A DNA stretch of 59,710 nt from a virus (lineage: Duplodnaviria > Caudoviricetes): the IMG/VR virus record IMGVR_UViG_3300022917_000001, positions 1 to 59,710 of that record; one strand, given 5' to 3'. Shown here in pieces: positions 1 through 7,965 of this stretch. The notes under the pieces are model-generated. The model ran no database searches and was not told the DNA's origin. It saw only the letters and a list, made by a program, of their open reading frames with translations. Made by a program: the position numbers and the translations under genes. Each line of letters opens with the position of its first letter. Within the stretch, counting starts at the first letter, position 1.

Positions 1-127
1 CAGTCGATGTGGTTCTTCGCGTCAATCGCGGCGTTCGTGAACACCTGGCACTCGGTGTTCGAGGAGAAGGACCTGTTCGGTGGCCTGCTCCGTGGTGGCC
101 TGTCGCTGGCGGGCCCGTTCTTGGTGC
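1..127 (+). repeat. Terminal overlap, identical to 59584-59710 (circular assembly overlap)
   Basis: cagtcgatgtggttcttcgcg...ttcttggtgc at both ends; reading frame runs through the junction. Confidence 0.97.
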
Positions 128-1020
128 ACCTGTTCATCCTGTGGTGCCGCCACCTGCGGACCGGGCGGACGCTGGCGCAGGCCCGCATCGACACCGCGGT
201 CCGGTGGGCAAGCCTGCGTGGTGTGGCGGTCGGACTGGCGCTGCTGGTGGGCCGCCACGTGGCGCACCCCGTCATCGCCGGGCGGGCGCTGGGCTACCGG
301 CTCGGCGTCGGCAACTGGACCTACAGCGACGCGTGGGCGGCCGCGTCGCTGGGCTATCGGCGCCGGGTACAGGCCCGACTGGATGGGACCCACGTCGGCG
401 TGTTCGGCCGCTTCCGGTCGCGTGTTGTGAAGGCCACCCCGGTCGACGTCGACACCCCGGACGAGACGGCCCCGGATGCCCCGGAGGAGGCGGCCGAAGC
501 GCCCACCCCGTCGGTCGTGGCGACCGGGCTGCGGCCTGCGTTCACCGCCGAGGAAGCCGACCTGCTGGCGGCTCGTCTGGCCGATCCGAGCCTGACGGCC
601 GACGCGTTCGCTGACCAGCGGGAACAGGCGACCGACGCAAGCGACCGAGAGGCGACCGAGAGGCGACCGGCCGCCAACTCCACGGCGACCGACGAGCGAC
701 CGGACACGACCGGGCAGGCGACCGGCAGGCGACCGAAGGCCGTCGACAAGACGACCGAGACAGCGACCGAACCCCACCCGGCAGGCGACCGGAAGCGACC
801 GGTCGGCCGCGCCCAGAGGCGACCGAAGCCGCGGCCGGGGACGACCGACGTGGACGTCTCGGACCTCCTCCCGGTCGCCCGCGAACTGGCGACCGAACTA
901 GGCGACCGGCTCAGCCGCGACGCTCTGCTGGACGGGCTGCGCGACCGCGGACTCTCGGTCGGCGGGCGACGTCGGGCGGCGATCTACAGCGCCATCCAGA
1001 GCGAGCTGGGCAAGGCTTGA
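1..1020 (+). CDS. 3' part of Spd/DUF2637-like multi-TM membrane protein (true start 59155, ~482 aa across junction)
   Basis: In frame with ATG 59155; TM helices, low-complexity linker, C-terminal HTH-like segment LSRDALLDGLRDRGLSVG; last gene of traB operon. Confidence 0.7.
   Translation, partial: QSMWFFASIAAFVNTWHSVFEEKDLFGGLLRGGLSLAGPFLVHLFILWCRHLRTGRTLAQARIDTAVRWASLRGVAVGLALLVGRHVAHPVIAGRALGYRLGVGNWTYSDAWAAASLGYRRRVQARLDGTHVGVFGRFRSRVVKATPVDVDTPDETAPDAPEEAAEAPTPSVVATGLRPAFTAEEADLLAARLADPSLTADAFADQREQATDASDREATERRPAANSTATDERPDTTGQATGRRPKAVDKTTETATEPHPAGDRKRPVGRAQRRPKPRPGTTDVDVSDLLPVARELATELGDRLSRDALLDGLRDRGLSVGGRRRAAIYSAIQSELGKA
628..947 (+). repeat. Intragenic array of 18 RCGACCG motifs, mostly 10-13 or ~22 bp apart
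   Basis: Starts at 628,641,652,663,685,696,706,718,729,751,763,785,795,819,841,889,902,941. Confidence 0.9.
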
Positions 1021-1035
1021 ACGACCTGCCGAACG

Positions 1036-1072
1036 ACGAGGGCCCCGCACCATCCCGGTGCGGGGCCCTCGT
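1036..1072. terminator. Bidirectional hairpin terminator between convergent units
   Basis: Perfect 16-bp stem acgagggccccgcacc/ggtgcggggccctcgt, 5-nt loop. Confidence 0.85.
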
Positions 1073-1084
1073 GCTGTGCAGGGG

Positions 1085-1288
1085 TCAGGCGTCGACGCGC
1101 TTCCAGGTCGGCGAGTCCTCGAGGTCGTCGGCGGACACGATCGCTGGCGGCGTCCACTCGCCGGACGGCCGCTGGTAGTGGACGACCCGGTCGGGGGTGA
1201 CGTGCCAGGTGCCGGTGCCGCGGGTCTGGTCGACCAGGACGTAGGCGACGGCTCCGGTGAGGTCGGGTGCGGTGTCGGGGGTGGTCAC
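1085..1288 (-). CDS. Hypothetical protein (67 aa)
   Basis: GAGGAG RBS, GC-rich third positions. Confidence 0.7.
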   Translation of the reverse strand: MTTPDTAPDLTGAVAYVLVDQTRGTGTWHVTPDRVVHYQRPSGEWTPPAIVSADDLEDSPTWKRVDA

Positions 1289-1382
1289 GGGGTCTCCTCG
1301 GGAGGCTCTGGCGGGCGCTCGGATGCTACGTCCTGTGGACGTGGTGCTGCCCCTGGGTCAGCGAAGGACCCAGGGGCAGCGG

Positions 1383-1626
1383 TCACGAGCCGGAGAGGCG
1401 GGTGATGACGGCGGTGGAGTAGTCGACGCCGCCGCGAGTCCACGAGCCGACCACGCGCATGACCCGGACCCGGCACCCGGAAGCAGCGACGACCCCACGG
1501 GGCCGTGCCGCTGCGGCGGCTTCCAGGATGCCGGTGGGGCCGACGAGCAGCCAGCCGCGCCGTGAGTTCCAGAGGAACGACTGCCCGGCCCGGATCTCGT
1601 CCAGCTTCCGTGGGCAGGCCGCCCAT
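1383..1626 (-). pseudogene. Probable frameshifted small gene after whiB
   Basis: Coding-like frame (AACPRKLDEIRAGQSFLWNS...) is one base out of frame with the TGATG-coupled ATG at 1626. Confidence 0.4.
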
Positions 1627-1886
1627 CAGGCGTCGCTGTAGGTGCGGGTCCGGGATCGCGCGGCCCGACGCTTGGCCGCCTCACGCTCCTCCTCGGACTG
1701 CCCGCCCCACACCCCGAAGGCCACCCGGTTGTCGACCGCCCACTCCAGGCAGTCCTCCCTCACGGGGCAGCGGGCGCACACCTGCTTCGCTTCGGCGAGC
1801 TGTCGTGCAGCGGGCCCGGTCGACCCGACCGGGAAGAACAGCTCGTCGTCTTCGTTGCGGCAGATTGCGCGGTGTCGCCAGTCCAT
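1626..1886 (-). CDS. whiB: WhiB family Fe-S transcription factor (WhiB1/WblE-like)
   Basis: DWRHRAIC..ELFFP..CARCPVREDC..GVWGG; four conserved Cys. Confidence 0.95.
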   Translation of the reverse strand: MDWRHRAICRNEDDELFFPVGSTGPAARQLAEAKQVCARCPVREDCLEWAVDNRVAFGVWGGQSEEEREAAKRRAARSRTRTYSDA

Positions 1887-1903
1887 GATCGATGTCCTTC
1901 CTG

Positions 1904-2407
1904 TCAGACGAGGTGGCTGATGAGCGAGACGATGGCCATGACCAGGTAGACCAGTGCGCTGACCACCGCGACGGCGGCCAGGTACTGGACGGTCACGACG
2001 AACGAGCTGATGGCGCGCGGGACCTCGCGGTTCTTGGCGGCGGCGATCTTCGCCAACGACCACTCCTGCGCGGCCTTGATCTGCCTGGGGTCGGCGGAGT
2101 CGATGGCCGCCAGGACAGCGTCCCCGTCCTCCTGGCGATCGGCGTGCGGCCACGACGCGGGGGCCGCGTCCTCGCCGTCGTCGATCATGCGGGGGCGGAC
2201 GACCGCGAGCGCACGCCTGATGGTCACCGTGGCGGGGACGGCCGCGAAGGTCGCGGCGATGACGACGACACGGGGCAGGTCACCGGCGGCGTCGGCGATG
2301 ATGCCGCCGAGACCGAGGGTGAAGAAGATGATCGCGCCCGCGGTGGCGTCAGCGCGGCGGAGGTCGTCGCGGGTGTGGTCGATGGTCATGTCGAGCGGGT
2401 CGGTCAT
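1904..2407 (-). CDS. Membrane protein (3 TM)
   Basis: Hydrophobic segments, operon position. Confidence 0.7.
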   Translation of the reverse strand: MTDPLDMTIDHTRDDLRRADATAGAIIFFTLGLGGIIADAAGDLPRVVVIAATFAAVPATVTIRRALAVVRPRMIDDGEDAAPASWPHADRQEDGDAVLAAIDSADPRQIKAAQEWSLAKIAAAKNREVPRAISSFVVTVQYLAAVAVVSALVYLVMAIVSLISHLV

Positions 2408-2515
2408 GATGGGAAGTCCCTCTGTCGGGTTCGTGGGCAGTGGGTGTTGGGAGCCGGGCCCGGCGGCGGGCTGTCCAGGCGGAGCCGCCGGACCCGGTGC
2501 GCACAGAGCGCAGGG

Positions 2516-2989
2516 TTATCCCATGTACGAGACGAGCAGCCACTTCGGCGTGGCCTGCTTCGGCGTCATCCCGAGGACGCCGAGAGCGGCTGTCAACTTG
2601 GCATCCCACTCCTGCTCGACACGGGCCACTTCGAGCGCGGCGAAGTCGATCTCCTTCACTGAGCCGCGACCGACCGTGATCGCGTGCGCGGACAGCACGT
2701 ACATCGGGTAGTCGCCCGAGCAGTACGACGTCATCTCGACGCCGACGCGGGCCTCTGCCTCACGCTTGCGGTCGAAGTAGCCCGCGACCTCGTAGTCCGT
2801 CTCGGTGAACCCGGCGGCGGCGAGAAGCGCCAGTTCGGCCGCTTCGACCGGCCCCTCTTCGTCCTCGTCCTCGCCGAGCCACGACGGCGTCCACTCGCCG
2901 TATTCGCCAGCCTCTTCGATCTTCCATTCGCCGTCGTCGCCACCGAGGTCGTACCCGTAGGCGAGGATCCCGTCCGATGAAATGCCCAT
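2516..2989 (-). CDS. Hypothetical acidic protein (157 aa)
   Basis: Typical codon usage and composition. Confidence 0.8.
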   Translation of the reverse strand: MGISSDGILAYGYDLGGDDGEWKIEEAGEYGEWTPSWLGEDEDEEGPVEAAELALLAAAGFTETDYEVAGYFDRKREAEARVGVEMTSYCSGDYPMYVLSAHAITVGRGSVKEIDFAALEVARVEQEWDAKLTAALGVLGMTPKQATPKWLLVSYMG

Positions 2990-3081
2990 TGCCTGTGTTC
3001 GTCTCCTTGGTCGTGAGGATGGGTCGTAGGGTTTGGGGTGGGGACGGGCCAGGGATCAGCTGGCCCGTCCCCTTCCTCGTG

Positions 3082-3186
3082 TCAGGCCAGGACGCCCTCG
3101 CAGTGGGGGCAGATGACGGTGTCGCCGGTGATCTCGCCGCCGCAGCCGCCGCAGTTGACGGTGTAGGTGGGGGTGGTGGTGTCCAT
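3082..3186 (-). CDS. Tiny zinc-ribbon protein (34 aa)
   Basis: MDTTTPTYTVNCGGCGGEITGDTVICPHCEGVLA; two CxxC; GAGGAG RBS; absent from ORF track. Confidence 0.65.
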   Translation of the reverse strand: MDTTTPTYTVNCGGCGGEITGDTVICPHCEGVLA

Positions 3187-3208
3187 CTCGTTCTCCTCGC
3201 TGGTACCG

Positions 3209-3259
3209 GGTGGCTTGCCACCTAAGAATGGCACACAACTGGACGGGTGGCAAGCCACC
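3209..3259. promoter_or_regulatory. Pair of quasi-palindromic operators in divergent promoter region
   Basis: GGTGGCTTGCCACC (3209-3222) and its reverse complement GGTGGCAAGCCACC (3246-3259). Confidence 0.7.
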
Positions 3260-3274
3260 TGTCATCATGGGTTT

Positions 3275-3466
3275 ATGGCAAACCAGCACAAGCTCAAAGG
3301 CCGCTACCTCCGCGGCGTCACCGACGAGGACTGGGAGGCGTTCGGCGCCGCAGCAGCGACCACAGGTACCGACCGGAGCGCGATCGTGCGCAGCTTCATC
3401 GGCTGGTACCTCCGCCAAGCAGACGCCGTGCTTCCCGAACGCCCACCAGCAGCAACGGAAAGCTGA
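3275..3466 (+). CDS. Ribbon-helix-helix DNA-binding protein, probably leaderless
   Basis: RYLRGVTDEDWEAFGAAA..TDRSAIVRSFIGWYL; divergent orientation. Confidence 0.7.
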   Translation: MANQHKLKGRYLRGVTDEDWEAFGAAAATTGTDRSAIVRSFIGWYLRQADAVLPERPPAATES

Positions 3467-3509
3467 GAGCGCGTGGGCCCGGCAGCCACGGTTGCCGGGC
3501 CCTCGGCGT

Positions 3510-3908
3510 TCACGGGGCCGGTTCGTCGGGGACTTCGACCACGACCACCTGGGCGTCGGGCTTCATGTTGAACAGGTCCGTGATCGGGTCGTGCGTCCCC
3601 CACGAGTTCGGCACCGGGGTCAGTGGGTGCAGGAACCCATGCTCGGCACCCTGCTCTTCGACCCACGCCTTCACCTGCGGTTCGCCGCCCGTGAACTCGG
3701 GGGCAGTGATGTTCGCCAGCCACGGGTGCTGCTGGATCAGGTCGGGCCGGACGGCGTTGCAGGCGAGCGGCAACTGGTGGGTCATGAGGTTGTCGCCGGT
3801 GAGGTGGTTGAGGATCTTGTAGACGCCGCCGATGTGCTCGGGTGAGACGAGTGCGCCGGTGCTGATGGACAGCAGGTCGCCGATGTGGAAGGCCTGGGTG
3901 TCAGTCAT
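3510..3908 (-). CDS. Hypothetical phage protein (132 aa)
   Basis: FHIGDLLSISTG motif, coupled start. Confidence 0.8.
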   Translation of the reverse strand: MTDTQAFHIGDLLSISTGALVSPEHIGGVYKILNHLTGDNLMTHQLPLACNAVRPDLIQQHPWLANITAPEFTGGEPQVKAWVEEQGAEHGFLHPLTPVPNSWGTHDPITDLFNMKPDAQVVVVEVPDEPAP

Positions 3909-4102
3909 GGTGTAAGTCCTTCGTTGGGGTGGAGGCCGAGCATGTCGAGCAGGAGCGCGCAGTCCTCGGCGTCGAGCGCGCGGGTCGCGACCGCTCGTGC
4001 CGCATCTCGGCGACGGATCCGTTCGCGGGTCTTCTCGTCCGGGGTGCGCACGGAGGCGGGCCGGATCTGGGTTTGGGAATCGCGGTCGCCGCGGCCCATC
4101 AC
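3905..4102 (-). CDS. Hypothetical protein (65 aa)
   Basis: Overlapping start/stop coupling. Confidence 0.65.
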   Translation of the reverse strand: MMGRGDRDSQTQIRPASVRTPDEKTRERIRRRDAARAVATRALDAEDCALLLDMLGLHPNEGLTP

Positions 4103-4293
4103 GTGTCCCGTCTCGACGCGAGGATCAACCCCGTGTTGATGGTGTCGAGCACGGCCTGTGCCCGGTCTGCGTCCTGGAGAGCGAGCAGGGCGACGAGGCT
4201 GGGTACCACGTCGACGTCGCCAGCCCTGAGCGCGGTGCCGATGGTGTCCTCGATCTGGTCGGGGGTGAACTCGTGGACGGTTCGTTCAGGCAT
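4099..4293 (-). CDS. Hypothetical protein (64 aa)
   Basis: GGAGG RBS, coupling. Confidence 0.65.
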   Translation of the reverse strand: MPERTVHEFTPDQIEDTIGTALRAGDVDVVPSLVALLALQDADRAQAVLDTINTGLILASRRDT

Positions 4294-4498
4294 GCGGGAC
4301 CTCCAGCAGGTGGTGGCGGTAGAACCAGGCGACGGCGTGCGCTCGGTTCCGGGTTCCAAGCCGCGCGGATAGCCGTCGTAGCCGGGTTTTCACGCCGTCC
4401 TCGGTGAGTTTGAGTTGGCGGGCGATGGCGCGGTTGGTGTGGCCGTCTGCGACGAGGGCGATGATGCGGCGGTCGAGGTTGGGGATCGACGGTGTCAT
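4286..4498 (-). CDS. Stand-alone LuxR/GerE-type HTH regulator
   Basis: IIALVADGHTNRAIARQLKLTEDGVKTRLRRLSARLGTRNRAHAV. Confidence 0.88.
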   Translation of the reverse strand: MTPSIPNLDRRIIALVADGHTNRAIARQLKLTEDGVKTRLRRLSARLGTRNRAHAVAWFYRHHLLEVPHA

Positions 4499-4557
4499 CG
4501 GTTCCTCCGGTCTTCGCGCCACCGGGCCCACCACGTCCAGATCCGCCAGGCCATGGC

Positions 4558-4788
4558 TCACGTCTCCTCGGGTGCTGTCCCACCCGAGGGGGTGGGAGCG
4601 GGGGAATGCCCGTTCGAGAGCAGGCGCTTGAGGGTGTCGAACGCGGACTCGCCGAGCGCGTCCACCGAGCAGTCGTGGCCGCAGTAGCCGGGGATGCCCG
4701 CGTCGTTCAGCACGAGTGCGGTGCAGCCGCCGCAGAAGGCGCTGAGGTTGTGGCCGCAGGTCGGGCAGTCGGCCATCGGTCCGCTCAC
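4558..4788 (-). CDS. Cys-rich hypothetical protein
   Basis: CPTC, CGGC, CGHDC. Confidence 0.6.
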   Translation of the reverse strand: MSGPMADCPTCGHNLSAFCGGCTALVLNDAGIPGYCGHDCSVDALGESAFDTLKRLLSNGHSPAPTPSGGTAPEET

Positions 4789-4789
4789 C

Positions 4790-5071
4790 TCATCCCTCCT
4801 GTCGGGGAGGGGACGACACAGCGGCGCGCTCGTCCTCGCACCCGCACGTCGGGGTGCAGCGTGGACCGTCGCCGTGCTTGCCGTCCGGGCCGAGGGGGCG
4901 CTGCCGGTCGCAGTCGTCGATCAGCGCTTGGAGGCGGTCGATGTGCTCGCGGGTGCGGGCGTCGCCCAACGGGCCGTAGAACTGGCCGATCGCGGTCTGG
5001 GCCACGCAGAAGGTCTCGCGCAGCATCTTGATCGTGTCGTCCACGGTGAGGGTGGCGGGTTCGGTGCTCAC
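4790..5071 (-). CDS. Hypothetical protein (93 aa)
   Basis: GTG start with AAGG RBS; RPLGPDGKHGD..CTPTCGC. Confidence 0.7.
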   Translation of the reverse strand: MSTEPATLTVDDTIKMLRETFCVAQTAIGQFYGPLGDARTREHIDRLQALIDDCDRQRPLGPDGKHGDGPRCTPTCGCEDERAAVSSPPRQEG

Positions 5072-5376
5072 GCGTCGTTCCTTCCGGTGAGGGCCTGCGA
5101 TGGGACGGCGCGCAGCCACGCCCACTCGTTGTCGGTCTGCCGGACCGTGGCTGCATAGCCGTGCTTCATCGCTACGAGGTCGGCCTGCGCCGTGTTGGCC
5201 GCGTGGATGGTCTGCTCCAGCAGGAGGGGGCGCTCGTACTGGAGGCGGGCGTCGAGCTGGCCCATCTCCCAGCCGCAGACGTAGGCCTCATCGTCGTGCG
5301 GGCCGCCCTTGCTGGTGACGCTGACGAACGGCATCACGAGGCCGTAGCCGGGTTCGTCGCGGGGTTCGGTGCTCAC
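5068..5376 (-). CDS. Hypothetical protein (102 aa)
   Basis: YGLVMPFVSVTSKGGPHDDEAYVCGWEMG; coupled. Confidence 0.75.
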   Translation of the reverse strand: MSTEPRDEPGYGLVMPFVSVTSKGGPHDDEAYVCGWEMGQLDARLQYERPLLLEQTIHAANTAQADLVAMKHGYAATVRQTDNEWAWLRAVPSQALTGRNDA

Positions 5377-5636
5377 GGCTTGTCGGTCCTCTCGGTGGTG
5401 GGGTCGGGGGTCTCGGCCAGCAGCCAGTCGCGTATCTGGATGCCGAGGTCGGTGAGCCGGGGACACAGGTCGTCGCCCGGCGCCCACTCGGCGAGGCCTC
5501 GGCGGACGAGCCCGGTCTTCGTCGGGGCAGGGACATCGGCCTGGACGACCCCATCGCGGGCCCACCACTTCAGCGTCAAGGTCATCCCAGGGGGAAGCTC
5601 TCGCAGGACCGCGGCAACGTCCGGGGTTTCAGGCAT
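5373..5636 (-). CDS. Hypothetical protein (87 aa)
   Basis: GAGAGG RBS, coupling. Confidence 0.65.
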   Translation of the reverse strand: MPETPDVAAVLRELPPGMTLTLKWWARDGVVQADVPAPTKTGLVRRGLAEWAPGDDLCPRLTDLGIQIRDWLLAETPDPTTERTDKP

Positions 5637-6825
5637 CGGTGTCGGTCCTCTCGGTGGGGGCAGGCGGAGCGGGCAGGTCTTCGGTCAGCGGGCCGTGCAT
5701 CTCCAGCAGCCCCCAGAAACCCCAGCCGGTGCCAGTGGAGTTGGGTGCGCGCCACTGGTTCCCGTGCTGCTTCCACCGCTTCCCGGTCTTGTTGCGGACG
5801 GTGACGGGGTCGCCGTGCGGGTCCGGGCGGGGAGGGTTGTCGGCCCTGCCGTGGACCCACATGCGCGGCACACGGTCAGGCACGATCGCGTCGGCGGTCT
5901 CGCGGTCCTCGGCGTCTTCTCGTGCCTCCCGCTCCCTCTCGTCCTCGGTGTCGGCACCCCCAGCGGACGGGGCGGGGTCACGCGAGAGCCAGACCAGCGA
6001 GCGCGGGCACCACGGCTCACACCGCGAGCGGGCCACGCGAGGGCAGCAGCCGCACTGGTGGGCCGGGTGTGCGTCGTCCGCGCGCAGACGGGCAATGAGT
6101 TCCGCCTTGGTCCCTTCGGTGCTGAGTTTGCGGTGCTCCAGCCACTCCTTGATCTGCATGGGCGTGGAGCGCTCGTAGTTGCCGTGCGCCTCGTGGCAGA
6201 ACTCGGGCAGTTCGCCCGCCTGTGTGTCGGCGGGGGTGGCGACAGCCGACCCCCAACCCGGCGCGCGGGCGAGGATCTCGTAGACGTGCACGCCGTGCCG
6301 CATCTCGCCGTCGTCGGTCCGGAAGTCCACAAAGTTCCGTCCGGCCGGGCGGGATGCGACGACCACGCCTTCCTCGACCACGTCGTCGATATAGGTGACT
6401 CGGATGCGGTCGCCTGCGCCCGCGCTGTTCGGTGTTGCCAGCACGACGCCCGCCGCGTCTGCGGGGGTGTTGCCCCCCGACAGGCGGGCACGGTCCTTGC
6501 GGACGAGGTCGAGCAGCCACTCCCACACGGTGTCCAACGGGCGGTCAGGGAGCGAGGTGGCGCCGTCGAACTGGGCGGCGTGCAGGTCCCGGACCATCAG
6601 CGTGACGTCGGCGGTGCGCCCCTGGGCTTCAGCCTCGGCGGCACGCTTCCACTCGGCGGCCTCGCCGGTGAGGCGGGCCACCTCGGCCTCGATGAACCCG
6701 GCCAGCCCGAAGTACAGCTCGTCCTGGAGGTAGGTCTGGTAGCCGGACGCCGACTTCGGCATGGTGCGTTCGAGGTGCTCGGAGAGCCGGTCGCGGAGGT
6801 CGTCGGCGGAGGTGGGGTCGGTCAC
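5629..6825 (-). CDS. Mosaic protein with SAP DNA-binding motif (398 aa)
   Basis: TPMQIKEWLEHRKLSTEGTKAELIARLRA fits SAP consensus. Confidence 0.7.
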   Translation of the reverse strand: MTDPTSADDLRDRLSEHLERTMPKSASGYQTYLQDELYFGLAGFIEAEVARLTGEAAEWKRAAEAEAQGRTADVTLMVRDLHAAQFDGATSLPDRPLDTVWEWLLDLVRKDRARLSGGNTPADAAGVVLATPNSAGAGDRIRVTYIDDVVEEGVVVASRPAGRNFVDFRTDDGEMRHGVHVYEILARAPGWGSAVATPADTQAGELPEFCHEAHGNYERSTPMQIKEWLEHRKLSTEGTKAELIARLRADDAHPAHQCGCCPRVARSRCEPWCPRSLVWLSRDPAPSAGGADTEDEREREAREDAEDRETADAIVPDRVPRMWVHGRADNPPRPDPHGDPVTVRNKTGKRWKQHGNQWRAPNSTGTGWGFWGLLEMHGPLTEDLPAPPAPTERTDTDA

Positions 6826-7142
6826 CCGGTCACCGCCGCGAGGTCGATGCCCAGTTCGCGGGCGACGGCGGTGACGGTCGGGCAGTACACGCCGTCGCGG
6901 ACGTTGCCGCAGGTGCCGCACCGGCCGTACCTGGCGGCGGAGTCGTCCGTGGTCTCACGGCTGAACTCGTCGAGCAGCCGGTGCGGGTGCTCCTCCAGCA
7001 CGGCGAGGACGGCGTGGCCGAGCTGGTGCCAGGCGTCACCGGCCGACGGCCGGGTCAGCACATGGTCCAGGGCCCGGTGCTGGCGGATCTTCTGGTCGAG
7101 GTTCACAGCTCTGTCCTCTCGGTTTGGGGGTGCCGCGGTCAC
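6822..7142 (-). CDS. Hypothetical protein with CxxC motif
   Basis: HPH..CGTC..YCPTV; start may be 7106. Confidence 0.7.
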   Translation of the reverse strand: MTAAPPNREDRAVNLDQKIRQHRALDHVLTRPSAGDAWHQLGHAVLAVLEEHPHRLLDEFSRETTDDSAARYGRCGTCGNVRDGVYCPTVTAVARELGIDLAAVTG

Positions 7143-7173
7143 GCCGCGACCTCAGACAGGTGTGCGAGCGCGG

Positions 7174-7965
7174 TCATGGCTTCCCGCCATCCGCGGGCAC
7201 CTCGGACAGCGAGTGGACGGCCTGCCTCTCCAGTCGCCGCACGATCAGCTCGCAGTACGGCTCGTGACTCTCGATCCCGATCGCCCGCGCGCCGAATCGG
7301 TGTGCTGCCAGCAGGGTCGTGCCGGATCCGACGAACGGGTCGAGCAGGATCGCCCCAGGGTTGTGGTCAATCACCCGCGCCGGGAGGGACTCTGGCCAGG
7401 GCGCAGGGTGGTCTTCGTGGTCACGCCCGTGGGCCATGCCCAGGCGCCACACGTCGCCCGCGCCCGAGGCGGAATGCCGGATTTTCCAGCCCGGCTTGGC
7501 GAACAGGTAGAGGTCCTCACCGACGGCTGCGTAGTGGCGGGTGTTTACGCCGATGCCGGTGCCGCGGTCCCAGGTGATGCGCTGCCGTAGCGGCAGGCCG
7601 AAATCACCGCCGAGCGGCACGCGCAAGCGGCCGTGCTCGACGCGGTCGCGGTGGTTGTAGTAGATGGCGCCGGTGTCGGGGATTGCCTCCCAGCAGAGTT
7701 GGAGGACGTGGCGTTGCCAGGCGTCGTACTCGTGCTGGGGCATGGCGTCGTCGTGTCCGCCGTCGCCGTATCCTGCGCGGAACCGGCCGCCTTTGCGGGA
7801 TGCCGACGGCTGGTACATGCCGCGCCCGCCGCCGCCTGGTGTGAGGCCCATGTTGTAGGGCGGGCTGGTGAGCACGACGTCCGCGGTCACGGCTGGGAGG
7901 AGTTCGGCGTTGTCACCGTGGTAGAGGGTGATGGCGCCGTTGCTCCAATAGGGGGTCAGCGTCAC
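7174..7965 (-). CDS. Orphan N4-C/N6-A DNA methyltransferase (beta class)
   Basis: Catalytic TSPPY near N-terminus; HPAPWP; LDPFVGSGTT SAM motif. Confidence 0.92.
   Translation of the reverse strand: MTLTPYWSNGAITLYHGDNAELLPAVTADVVLTSPPYNMGLTPGGGGRGMYQPSASRKGGRFRAGYGDGGHDDAMPQHEYDAWQRHVLQLCWEAIPDTGAIYYNHRDRVEHGRLRVPLGGDFGLPLRQRITWDRGTGIGVNTRHYAAVGEDLYLFAKPGWKIRHSASGAGDVWRLGMAHGRDHEDHPAPWPESLPARVIDHNPGAILLDPFVGSGTTLLAAHRFGARAIGIESHEPYCELIVRRLERQAVHSLSEVPADGGKP

Noticed and set aside
5161-7590. 809-aa plus-strand ORF
   Set aside because: Antisense shadow of coupled minus-strand genes in high-GC DNA.
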